DNA from: Oculatellaceae cyanobacterium bins.114
Lineage (GTDB): Bacteria; Cyanobacteriota; Cyanobacteriia; Elainellales; Elainellaceae
Length of the DNA stretch: 26,980 nucleotides
Assembly (NCBI GenBank): GCA_033764315.1
Contig: JANRJA010000008.1
Span: 1 to 26,980 of the forward strand
Direction of reading: 5' to 3'
Part shown: positions 17,965-26,840 of the stretch, in pieces
Layout of the letters: each line of letters starts with the position of its first letter
Numbering within the stretch: position 1 is the stretch's first letter
Notes under the pieces: model-generated
What the model was told of the DNA's origin: nothing
What the model saw: the letters and a program-made list of their open reading frames with translations, nothing else
Database searches by the model: none
Program-made: the position numbers and the translations under genes

Positions 17965-18927
17965 ATGTTCATTGATCTGCTAGAAAGAAAAAATACAGAC
18001 AGAAAAAATAATCAACTTTTAGAAGCAACTGTCGTTGTCAATAAGCTGAGAAATAGCATTTGGTTTTTTGGGATTCCATCTTGGGTATATGGCATTACTG
18101 ACCGAGGCTTTGCCGCACTCGCCGATGGTTATTTATCCGTGGTTGAGTTAATTCACCTGTTAATAGTCTCCCTCTTCTTCATGGGATGGCTATTGCTAAA
18201 ACCGGACTACGACTCAGAAAACGAACCATTACTACCAACTTATGATCCACAGTCTGTTTCTCATCAAGGCTATTTAGAGGCAACTCGTGCTCGAATTGAC
18301 GAAATGGAGCGACATCATATGATTCGGCAGGAGTACGTTTTGCCATTTCCCTATCTATGTCAGATCTACCATCTCCTGAACCTAAAGCATTTAGAAGAAG
18401 TTCATAGCTTTAGCCTTAACAATCTAAGAATAGTAAAAGTGAGTGAGTTTCAACCTACATCTGTAGGTGGGGTCATAAAATTTCAAACGGTTTTGGACTC
18501 TCCAATCAATGCCTTGAGGATTTGGAGGCAACCCATTGTTGAAGTAGAGTTAATTTTGCATACTCCTTACACCGTAGAGTTGAGCATTCCAGTCTATCAA
18601 AACAGGCGTATTATTGTGCTGTTTAATGCTGTGCCTTTAGACAATACAAATGAACACAAGCTTTTCATTGATATTTACAGTGATTTAGGTTGGTTTAAAC
18701 CCCTTTTGCAAGCTCTATTACACGCTGCTTCTTGTCTCACTCTGTTTGAAGATTTGCCTTACCTGCACACCCTGGCAAACCGAAACGTCCAGCGTTTGGT
18801 TAATTTAGGTCGCGTCTCAAACCACGAGACGATGCAATTGTTTAAGCGATTTGTTGATCTTTACGGTGCAAGCTTAGACGTCTCTAAGCCTACTAACTTA
18901 TTAGCTGAGGCAGGTGCAGAAGCTTAA
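17965..18927 (+). CDS. Hypothetical protein with N-terminal hydrophobic segments
   Basis: Uninterrupted 320-aa ORF with protein-like composition and two N-terminal hydrophobic stretches. No family confidently recognised. Confidence 0.75.
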   Translation: MFIDLLERKNTDRKNNQLLEATVVVNKLRNSIWFFGIPSWVYGITDRGFAALADGYLSVVELIHLLIVSLFFMGWLLLKPDYDSENEPLLPTYDPQSVSHQGYLEATRARIDEMERHHMIRQEYVLPFPYLCQIYHLLNLKHLEEVHSFSLNNLRIVKVSEFQPTSVGGVIKFQTVLDSPINALRIWRQPIVEVELILHTPYTVELSIPVYQNRRIIVLFNAVPLDNTNEHKLFIDIYSDLGWFKPLLQALLHAASCLTLFEDLPYLHTLANRNVQRLVNLGRVSNHETMQLFKRFVDLYGASLDVSKPTNLLAEAGAEA

Positions 18928-19659
18928 AGAACGAGTTCAGATTCCACTTTTTTGACTCCCTAAGGCACAAGCCCCATTGGGCAAGGGCAGACAAAACTGT
19001 GAACAGCGAAAGGAACCGATTGATTTTATAGGGGTAGATGCAGAACTACAACGCAAAGGCGTAACGTTTGTGTTTGCTAAATTTATAGGGTGTTAACGTT
19101 TCTAACAACATCATACAACCACGATGTGTACCAGAGCTTCATCATAGCCAAGCGATACAGCAGAACGCTTCCACTATACTTGCCCATTAGGGAATATGAA
19201 GCGATCGCCGCTTGGGATGACACTCCTCAGATTATTTCAGTAGACTGACTACATGTTTCCCTTGTCGTCGCCACGCAAAGGCTAGAAGTGCATGTCTAGG
19301 CAGAGAGCCTTGAAGCGTCTATTAGCAGGCTAGCGGAGGCAAGTCTTGAGCATCCTGAATGGGAATTCTCGTTCAAACCCTTTCCAAGTTGTATCGGACG
19401 CAGAGTTTTTAGAAACTTGTAGCAACCATACCCGTCAACGCGAGACAGCCCAACTTCAGCAAACATCATCAGCTCAGGAAGCCCGACAAAATTATGGGGA
19501 GTTGCTCAATCTCCTGCATGGCTATTTGGCAGAGGTTGAGATTTATATGTTGAGTTTCTAAGTACCGGACAAAAGCTTGCAAAGTGTGAGTAGGAGAGAG
19601 TTTCATGAGAATTACTACATTCGTTCAAGAAACCCTCATGAATCAGGTTACTCTTACAG

Positions 19660-19995
19660 GTGCCTCGTGAAAATCATCCCGCTCTGGTATCTGACTTGAT
19701 CGAAGAATTTCGGGCATTTGTAGTCGATTCACTGGTACTCTATTTGACAAATTCTGCAATTTTGAATCTAGAGGATTTCACACCACCAGATGAACGGGGA
19801 GGAGTTTATCTGCACCCGGATGCCTTGAAGCGATTTTTAAAGCATTGGGAGGATAAGCTTCAAACTGAGATTGTTCATCCTCACTCAGGGCATAAAGTGA
19901 ACTATCGACGCTGTATGGAGCTACAGGTTTGGGAATATATCGCTTGTTTGATTGGCGATCGCGAGATTTATCGCCCCATGAGATGGGAAATTTAG
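19660..19995 (+). pseudogene. cas1: 3' remnant of a CRISPR-associated endonuclease Cas1 gene
   Basis: HPALVSDLIEEFRAFVVDSLV...EDFTPPDERGGVYL...YRRCMELQV...YRPM is the Cas1 C-terminal region. An in-frame TGA lies a few codons upstream, and the preceding catalytic His motif is missing. Confidence 0.9.
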
Positions 19996-20051
19996 ACGTC
20001 TGGAAGGAGAATCAATGTTCTTCAACCACCAGAATTGTGTAGAGTAGATAG

Positions 20052-20096
20052 TAAAAGACTGGATGGTTGGACAGATCTTAATCATCCAGTCTTTTA
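20052..20096 (+). terminator. Intrinsic-terminator-like hairpin after the cas1 remnant
   Basis: Perfect 14-bp inverted repeat TAAAAGACTGGATG ... CATCCAGTCTTTTA. Confidence 0.65.
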
Positions 20097-20099
20097 TAA

Positions 20100-20381
20100 A
20101 TAGGTAGTTTCATCTCTATTCTATTTCTTTGTCTTCTGAAATAGAAAATAAATGTAAAGTTTCTTGTGAACCATAGAGAAGATGCTAACCTATAGGGGTA
20201 TCAGTGAACCTTGAAAACTGCATAACTTCGTTGACCTGTATAGGTCATAGATATATCAAAGGTTTCAGCCATTTTTGCGAAGCCTTTATTGAGAATCAAG
20301 CTGGCTTATTGACGATAGTTTTGACCCCTATGGATTGAGGGGGTTGAGAACCTTATTCCGTAAGGGTTTCAAAATGCCAGG
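20100..20381 (+). promoter_or_regulatory. CRISPR leader
   Basis: AT-rich non-coding region between cas1 and the first repeat. It contains GAACCTTGAAAACTGCATA and the imperfect palindrome GAACCTTATTCCGTAAGGGTTTC, both similar to motifs I recall from cyanobacterial leaders. Confidence 0.7.
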
Positions 20382-20921
20382 GTTCATCAACCCATTACCC
20401 CGCAAGGGAACGGAAACAAGCAGAGCAACAGAGCCTAGACTGGACGCGGCAAAAGTTCATCAATCCATTACCCCGCAAGGGGACGGAAACTCTCTTAGCG
20501 TAGCAAGCCGATCAGGATCATAACCGTTCATCAATCCATTACCCCGCAAGGGGACGGAAACTGAGGTTGGGGTGTTGGCTCTGGTTGCAGGTTATCTGGT
20601 TCATCAATCCATTACCCCGCAAGGGGACGGAAACACCAAATTGAGAAAAAGGGAAAACAGGATAACCACAGACAGTTCATCAATCCATTACCCCGCAAGG
20701 GGACGGAAACCTTCTGTCCAGGCGTATGTCTTCTTGCCTGAACTTTGAGGTTCATCAATCCATTACCCCGCAAGGGGACGGAAACTCTCTTGGCGATCCA
20801 CCGTAAAGGTTTGTGCGCCGTTGAGTTCATCAATCCATTACCCCGCAAGGGGACGGAAACAAAATTCCGTCCCGATGTTGCCCACGCCGAGGTTCATCAA
20901 TCCATTACCCCGCAAGGGAAC
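20382..20921 (+). CRISPR. CRISPR array: 8 repeats (36-nt consensus GTTCATCAATCCATTACCCCGCAAGGGGACGGAAAC) and 7 spacers
   Basis: Repeats start at 20382, 20455, 20526, 20599, 20675, 20750, 20825 and 20892 (last one truncated). Spacers are 37, 35, 37, 40, 39, 39 and 31 nt. The CCCC-GCAA-GGGG hairpin and GAAAC end resemble cyanobacterial type III repeats. Confidence 0.98.
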
Positions 20922-21045
20922 CTACTGTGTACACAGATCTCGGGTTGAGAGTTCAAGACCTGGCTCGATCCCCCTCAATCCCCCTTGAAAAGGACTTTGA
21001 CTTCGATCCCCTCCTTTTTAAGGAGGGTTAGGGAGGATCAAACCC
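20922..21045. repeat. Cyanobacterial small dispersed palindromic repeat / MITE-like element abutting the last CRISPR repeat
   Basis: CTACTGTGTACACAG followed by GATCCCCCTCAATCCCCCTTGAAAAGGACTTTGA...CCCTCCTTTTTAAGGAGGGTTAGGGAGGATC, with nested inverted repeats of a type common in cyanobacteria. Confidence 0.7.
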
Positions 21046-21138
21046 AGCCCAGGCTAGCTCATGACAAAAACTGTTTGGATTGGTCAGACGCCCTCTCCTC
21101 TTATTCGTTGCCTATCCACCACACTACCAATCCCCCAT

Positions 21139-21181
21139 CTGTTGCTAACCGACCTCTTACTGGTGAATCAGTTAGCAACAG
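21139..21181. other. Stem-loop
   Basis: Perfect 11-bp inverted repeat CTGTTGCTAAC ... GTTAGCAACAG. Confidence 0.55.
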
Positions 21182-21397
21182 GTAGGCGATCGCTCTCATC
21201 ACTTCATGTTTTGCGATCGACAAACTGACCTAATGGGAATTAACGGATTTTGTGAAGAGAAGTTAAAATCTCCGTAGTTTCCGCATGAGCGACGTTATCT
21301 CAGGGACAATTGCTTGGACTATGAAAAAAAACAATAAGCTGTTGTATTTCCAAATTTATAGCTTGCTGAGCGTCTTACTAACACTTCGCTTAACTTC

Positions 21398-21541
21398 ATG
21401 GTTCAAGATCAATTAAATCCACTAGATCTTCAAAAATACACGCTGATTGCGATCGCTTGGTGCCTTGCTTGGGGAGATCAGCAAGAGCCTAAATTTGGTC
21501 TGTCTGTATTAAAAACAATGCGACTAGCAATGCTGTATTGA
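21398..21541 (+). pseudogene. Probable 5' remnant of a type III-B Cas10/Cmr2 gene (47 codons)
   Basis: Not in the ORF track. It reads MVQDQLNPLDLQKYTLIAIAWCLAWGDQQEPKFGLSVLKTMRLAMLY*. IAIAWCLAWG matches, from memory, the N-terminus of one cyanobacterial Cas10/Cmr2 clade, and it sits next to a type III-like array. Confidence 0.65.
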
Positions 21542-21842
21542 CTCCTGACCCCACAATTGCGGTCAGTATCCATCGAGCCGATGTAGCGGATCTAGTGTGT
21601 CGGTGTTTATTTTCTAGTCAGGCAGATTACAAAGTTTTATCGGCAGTCGATCGACAGATAACCTATGGGCAAACCGATTTTGAAGTGTTGCCTCTGCCAA
21701 GTTGCCCAATTAAAGGGATGCAACCTCAGGGTTAGTGTAAAGCTTTGCTCTTGTTGGCGCGATCGCCCCAGAGATCGCGATACCCGTTATTCTCAAAAGA
21801 GACCTATGATGAAACGCTCGTGTTTCTCTGTCTGTTTAACGG

Positions 21843-22613
21843 ATGACACAATCTGATTCTGAACATCTTCAAAACCGTTGGTTTCAGCGGTTTGTCTTGG
21901 CAGTGTTCCTGGGTGGGCAAGTTTTGGTGCGCTTAGTACGAGGCAAGCTATATTCCCAAAACCTGATGGAACATTTGATTGCGGTTGGTCCAGACTCTCT
22001 TAACTCAGTGCTGTTGACCAACTTTTTTGCAGGCATGATCTTCACAATTCAAACGGCTCGTTCCCTTGAGGATTACGGAGCTGTTAATGCGGTTGGTGGA
22101 GCCTTTGGCATCGCCTTTTGTCGAGAACTAGCCCCAATTCTGACGGCTTGCGTCATCACTGGGCAAGTTGGCTCTGCTTTTGCGGCTGAACTTGGCAGCA
22201 TGCGAGTCACTGAACAGATTGATGCGCTGCAAATGCTGCGAACTGACCCCATCGACTATTTAGTGTTACCCCGTGTTATTGCCTGTTGCTTGATGTTGCC
22301 TGTAATGACAGTTTTGGGTTTGGTGATAGGGCTAGGTGGAGGAGTCTTAGTCGCCTATCAGTTTTATCAACTGCCACCCACAGAATTTTTAAACTCGTTA
22401 CAGACTGTTCTCAATTTGACCGATTTGTTGAATGTGGTGCTCAAAAGTTTTATCTTTGGCGCACTGCTCGCAATTATTGGTTGTAGTTGGGGCCTAACTA
22501 CCACAGGCGGTGTCAAAGGAGTCGGACGCTCTGCCACAGCCGCAGTAGTTACAGGGTGGGTGTCAATTTTTGTTGTCAACTTTTGTCTCTCTGTGGCAAT
22601 GCTTTTGTATTAA
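21843..22613 (+). CDS. mlaE: MlaE-family lipid ABC transporter permease (Ycf63/TGD1-like)
   Basis: RELAPILTA, GSAFAAELGSMRVTEQIDALQMLRTDPIDYLVLPRV, and GVGRSATAAVV. Confidence 0.93.
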   Translation: MTQSDSEHLQNRWFQRFVLAVFLGGQVLVRLVRGKLYSQNLMEHLIAVGPDSLNSVLLTNFFAGMIFTIQTARSLEDYGAVNAVGGAFGIAFCRELAPILTACVITGQVGSAFAAELGSMRVTEQIDALQMLRTDPIDYLVLPRVIACCLMLPVMTVLGLVIGLGGGVLVAYQFYQLPPTEFLNSLQTVLNLTDLLNVVLKSFIFGALLAIIGCSWGLTTTGGVKGVGRSATAAVVTGWVSIFVVNFCLSVAMLLY

Positions 22614-22739
22614 AGGAGCAATTCGCCTAAACCGATGCTGTACACGCTGGGCACTGCCAAAGCTTTTTCTAAATTTTGGTGTTCCCAGAAATCGGTATCA
22701 TATTCAAACCGTCTGCCTCATCCGTTTCAGGAACAATGC

Positions 22740-23315
22740 ATGGCTGTTCTAATTTGTCCTGGAGTTCATCTGCCAGAGTTAACCGATTGTTTTTTAGCCC
22801 ACTTAAATGTGGATCTATACGATTACAGAGTGTTTCCTATTGATCGCTTCCCAGCTTATTCAGGGCTGCATATTTTGAAGTTTATTTGGCATGAATTTGT
22901 CTCAACTCCAAATGATGCAACTCCACCCCGTTTAGAGGTTCCTTTGCTGTTTGTTAGCTTTAGTGCTGGCGTAGTGGGGGCGATCGCGGCAGCTAAGGTA
23001 TGGCAAACACTGGGGGGCACTATCAAAGCCTTTATTGCGGTAGATGGCTGGGGAGTGCCGTTATATGGCGATTTTCCTATTTATCGGGTGAGCCACGATC
23101 ACTTCACTCATTGGAGTTCAGCTTTACTGGGTGGCGGACAAACCAGCTTTTATACCGATCCGCCAGTGGAACATTTGGAGTTGTGGCGATCGCCCCACAC
23201 GGCAATGGGTTACATCGTAAATGTTGCACAACCTCCATCTGCAACAAAAACAATTGCGGCTAACTTCATCGCATCATTGTTGGTGGACTATGGGGAGGGG
23301 AGGGGACGCGATTAA
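22740..23315 (+). CDS. Conserved cyanobacterial protein, alpha/beta-hydrolase-like
   Basis: Nucleophile-elbow-like SFSAGVVGA, plus IAVDGWGVPL, SHDHFTHWSS and VEHLELWRSP. Likely start ATG 22740 (MAVLICPG); the track start is 22635. Confidence 0.7.
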   Translation: MAVLICPGVHLPELTDCFLAHLNVDLYDYRVFPIDRFPAYSGLHILKFIWHEFVSTPNDATPPRLEVPLLFVSFSAGVVGAIAAAKVWQTLGGTIKAFIAVDGWGVPLYGDFPIYRVSHDHFTHWSSALLGGGQTSFYTDPPVEHLELWRSPHTAMGYIVNVAQPPSATKTIAANFIASLLVDYGEGRGRD

Positions 23316-23352
23316 TCGCGTCCCCTCCCTTGCATTGATTAATCGCGTCCCC
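23298..23352. repeat. REP/SDR-like perfect 32-bp palindrome plus a half copy
   Basis: GGGAGGGGACGCGATTAATCGCGTCCCCTCCC (23298-23329), then GATTAATCGCGTCCCC (23337-23352), between convergent genes. Confidence 0.85.
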
Positions 23353-23364
23353 CCTTTCATTACC

Positions 23365-23574
23365 TTACCGTGTCAGCAAGCCCCACAGATAATTCCAGAA
23401 GCGGCTGAGATAGCTCCACAATTCACCCGGCCCGATGCCAAAAGCAAGCTGAAACAGCAGCAATAGAATGGCGATCGCCAAAGCAGCTCTAACCGTGACA
23501 CGCATGACGCGAACGAGTACTGTGAAAACGGCGATCGTGATTACAATAGCCGCTATCAGAATCAATAACTCCAT
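23365..23574 (-). CDS. Small two-TM membrane protein (69 aa)
   Basis: Two hydrophobic helices. Its ATG overlaps the putA stop (TAATG), which implies translational coupling. Confidence 0.8.
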   Translation of the reverse strand: MELLILIAAIVITIAVFTVLVRVMRVTVRAALAIAILLLLFQLAFGIGPGELWSYLSRFWNYLWGLLTR

Positions 23575-26546
23575 TACTCCACCCCTTCAATTGGTGCAAA
23601 GCCCTGACGCTGCACGTTTTCACTAATATGGCGAGGCTCCAAGAATTGCAGCAGATAGTCGGGGCCACCCGCCTTAGAACCTACCCCCGACAGCTTAAAG
23701 CCACCAAACGGTTGACGTGCCACAACTGCCCCTGTAATGCCGCGATTGATATAGAGGTTGCCTACCTCAAACTCTGCCTGAGCGCGTTCAATGTGGGACG
23801 GAGTGCGAGAATATAAGCCACCCGTGAGGGCAAAGGGCGTGCCATTGGCGATCGCCAATGCCTCATCAAAATCCGTTGCTCGCATCACCGCTAACACAGG
23901 CCCAAAGATTTCTTCCTGGGCAATCTTAGCCGTGGGGGCAACGTCAGTAAAGATCGTAGGACCGACGAAGTAGCCTGTATCAGGGGCTTCCATCTCCAGG
24001 GCAACGGTGGATTCCTCTTTGCCCTTCTCAATGTAGGCTTTGATGCGGTTTTGTGCGGCTGCGTCGATCACAGGTCCCACTTGCGTACTGGGAATTTCCG
24101 CTGCACCGATATTGAGCGATCGCGTAGCTTCTACCAGACGATTCAAGAATGTCTCGTAGATCGGTTCCAACACCACCACTCGTGAACAGGCAGAGCACTT
24201 TTGACCGCTGTAGCCAAAGGCAGAATAAACTATACCCTGCACCGCTTGATCCAGATCTGCACTCTCATCCACAATAATCGCGTTTTTGCCGCCCATCTCC
24301 GCAATCACCCGCTTCAAATGCTTTTGCCCCGGTTGTAAAACGGCAGCTTCAGCATAGATGCGGCAACCGACTTCTTGCGATCCAGTAAAGGTAATCATGT
24401 GCACGTCAGGATGCTTGACCATGTGAGCCCCCACCGTCGAACCTCGGCACGGCACATATTGAAACACCCCTTTGGGAATGCCCGCTTCAATCAAAATCTC
24501 TGCCAGTTTCGCCGCAATCACGGAGGACACCTCAGCCGGTTTTAACAACGTGCAGTTCCCAGCTACGAGAGAGGCAACCGTCATCCCCGTGGGAATCGCC
24601 AGAGGAAAGTTCCAGGGGGAGATGATTAGGGAAATGCCACGCGGTTGATAGTGATAGCGGTTGGTCTCCCCGGGCACATCGTAGTGAGTCCCCTGCTCTA
24701 GCCGCTCCATTTCGTCGGCATAAAAGCGGCAGAAGTCGATCGCCTCTGAAACTTCGGGATCTGCCTGTCCCAGGGCTTTCCCCGTTTCCAGAACCATCCA
24801 GGCACACAACTCATCGCGACGAGCTTCCATCAGATCAGCGGCTCTCCGCAAAATTGCAGCCCGTTCCTTTGCGGGAGTGTTGCGCCATTGAGGAAATGCG
24901 GCTTTGGCAGCGGCGATCGCCTGGTCTGCCTGTTCTAGGCTGAGCAAGCCGATTTGCCCCACTACTTCAGCGGGATTCGAGGGATTAACGGAATCCACTT
25001 GTTCTAAGGTATTCATCCGGTCGCCATTTACCAGTGGCAGATAAGATCTGCCCAACTGTTGCCGCACCGTTTGCAGCATCGCCAAGGCGCGATCGCGCTT
25101 TTCGACCACCGCATAATCCGTATCCGCTGAGTTGTGAAATCCAGGAGTGGATTTGACCACAGGCACCTCCGGTTCGTTGATCTGAGGAATCGCCAGCAAC
25201 TCCTCACTGGGGCGATCTTCCAGGTTTTGCCGCAAAAAGGAAGAGTTTGCTGTGTTTTCCAACAACCGACGAATCAGGTAAGACATCCCCGGAATCAGTT
25301 CGCCAAAGGGACAGTAAACCCGCACCCGATACCCCTGATCGACCAAGGCTTTTGCCAGTTTATCTGCCATGCCATAGAGCACCTGCACCTCAAACCGTCG
25401 TCGAGGAACCTTCAGTTCTTGAGCGATCGCGATCGCCAGGGCTTGAGAGCGGACGTTGTGACTACCGATCGCCGCATACAAAAACTCGTGATTCTCTAAC
25501 AACAGACGGGTCAACTGCTCAAAGTTAGCATCGGTGGATGCTTTGTTTTGAAAGACAGGAATCTCCCAATCTTTTTGAGCCGCTTTGATGGTTTCCTGAT
25601 CCCAATAGGCTCCTTTGACTAGGCGAATCGTGATCGGATAGCCACGTTGTTTTGCCCACTCAATCAGCCCCTTCAAGTCGCGTTCCGTATCTTTAAGATA
25701 GGCTTGCAGTGTCACCCCAATGTCAGTGCGGGTGCGAAACTCGTCTTCCATCAAGATTTGCTTGAGAATGGCGATCGTCAGGTCTTTATAGGCGTATTGC
25801 TCCATGTCAAAGTGAATTGCTGCGCCTAACTCCTGTGCTCGTCGCAGCAACAACCGGACGCGATCGCTCACCCGTTCCTGACTGCCCTCAGCATCTAGGG
25901 GGTCAAACTGCGAGTAAAATGCCGTCAGCTTCACCGACACCTGCACCTTGGGCAAGGGTTCGCCATCCGCTTCATCAATTTGCGATACTTTTGACCAGTT
26001 TTTGGATGCTGTGGTGAGTTGCTCAATCAGGTCAAGACAACGATTTAGATAAGACTGTGCCTCACTTTCGGTAATCACGGCTTCACCCAACAGATCCACA
26101 GTAAAAGCCATTTTGTCACGTCGAAGTTGCTCCAGGGTTTTGACGATTTGCTTAATCGTTTCTCCAGCAATGTATTTGTGCGCTAATGTCTCCACCGCCG
26201 TAGAGACGGTCGTTGCCGCCACCTGACCCGGCAAAGAGTCAGCATTAGCAAAGTTGAGCATTCCCTTGAGGGCAGCGGGCAACTCCACCGAGGCATCGCC
26301 CAAATATTCCTGTAAGTGGCGAGCAATCTCGGCTTTGCTCCGCAGGGCAGGCAAACAATCAATAAACCGAAACAACTGCACCCGCAGACCGGGGTTGCTC
26401 ATTGCCCACCCCAATAACTTGTCATCCCACCGCATCTGGTCGCGCATCTGGGCAAGAAAGGAGCGGTTTTCCTTTGTCGCAGCTAAGAGTTGACGGGCGA
26501 TCGCTTGGGTCTTGATTTCATAGGGACTTGCAACTTGGGTAACCAC
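23574..26546 (-). CDS. putA: Bifunctional proline dehydrogenase / L-glutamate gamma-semialdehyde (P5C) dehydrogenase
   Basis: PRODH motifs VDLLGE, DMEQY, RLVKGAYWDQE and YLIRRLLENTANSSF. ALDH motifs PWNFPLAI, FTGS, EMGGKN, GQKCSA and EEIFGP. Probable start GTG 26546 after GGAG; the track start is 26606. Confidence 0.96.
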   Translation of the reverse strand: MVTQVASPYEIKTQAIARQLLAATKENRSFLAQMRDQMRWDDKLLGWAMSNPGLRVQLFRFIDCLPALRSKAEIARHLQEYLGDASVELPAALKGMLNFANADSLPGQVAATTVSTAVETLAHKYIAGETIKQIVKTLEQLRRDKMAFTVDLLGEAVITESEAQSYLNRCLDLIEQLTTASKNWSKVSQIDEADGEPLPKVQVSVKLTAFYSQFDPLDAEGSQERVSDRVRLLLRRAQELGAAIHFDMEQYAYKDLTIAILKQILMEDEFRTRTDIGVTLQAYLKDTERDLKGLIEWAKQRGYPITIRLVKGAYWDQETIKAAQKDWEIPVFQNKASTDANFEQLTRLLLENHEFLYAAIGSHNVRSQALAIAIAQELKVPRRRFEVQVLYGMADKLAKALVDQGYRVRVYCPFGELIPGMSYLIRRLLENTANSSFLRQNLEDRPSEELLAIPQINEPEVPVVKSTPGFHNSADTDYAVVEKRDRALAMLQTVRQQLGRSYLPLVNGDRMNTLEQVDSVNPSNPAEVVGQIGLLSLEQADQAIAAAKAAFPQWRNTPAKERAAILRRAADLMEARRDELCAWMVLETGKALGQADPEVSEAIDFCRFYADEMERLEQGTHYDVPGETNRYHYQPRGISLIISPWNFPLAIPTGMTVASLVAGNCTLLKPAEVSSVIAAKLAEILIEAGIPKGVFQYVPCRGSTVGAHMVKHPDVHMITFTGSQEVGCRIYAEAAVLQPGQKHLKRVIAEMGGKNAIIVDESADLDQAVQGIVYSAFGYSGQKCSACSRVVVLEPIYETFLNRLVEATRSLNIGAAEIPSTQVGPVIDAAAQNRIKAYIEKGKEESTVALEMEAPDTGYFVGPTIFTDVAPTAKIAQEEIFGPVLAVMRATDFDEALAIANGTPFALTGGLYSRTPSHIERAQAEFEVGNLYINRGITGAVVARQPFGGFKLSGVGSKAGGPDYLLQFLEPRHISENVQRQGFAPIEGVE

Positions 26547-26662
26547 AGGTTTCCACTCCAATTCAAACAACAGTGAGGATAGATCATGCAACCCTCTATT
26601 CTCCATTGTTTCGATTTAGAACTCAAATGGGGTTTAAGCTTTGTTATCAGTGAACGTTTTGG

Positions 26663-26697
26663 GAAGAGAGAAACGAGAAGAGAGAAGAGAGAAAAAG
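26663..26697 (+). repeat. STRR-like heptamer tandem repeat (GAAGAGA, five degenerate copies)
   Basis: gaagaga gaaacga gaagaga gaagaga gaaaaag. Confidence 0.6.
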
Positions 26698-26840
26698 TAA
26701 TTTCCTGGTTCTTAGCCTCCGGCTGGGAATCTGGATTTGGAGGCTCTGCCTCCTATCTCCCTAGCTTTGGCTACGGTATATACACAAATCTCTTGACTGA
26801 CGTTTAAGCTTTCTTAGCCCCCTTGAGTCCTCCAATTCTG

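Noticed and set aside
20005..20047. AAGGAGA + ATG TTC TTC after cas1 as a possible cas2
   Set aside because: The frame closes after 10 codons (MFFNHQNCVE) and lacks the YDI motif. At most it is an unprovable scar.
20491..20796. Spacers 2 and 6 share a TCTCTTRGCG start
   Set aside because: The rest of the two sequences is unrelated. This is too short to claim a duplication or an extended repeat.
20335..20948. ORFs 20335..20523, 20612..20848 and 20745..20948 with repeated peptides
   Set aside because: They are translations of the CRISPR repeats, not genes.
20941..20968. GGGTTGAGAGTTCAAGACC resembling a tRNA T-arm or integration site
   Set aside because: The T-stem does not pair and no cloverleaf can be built.
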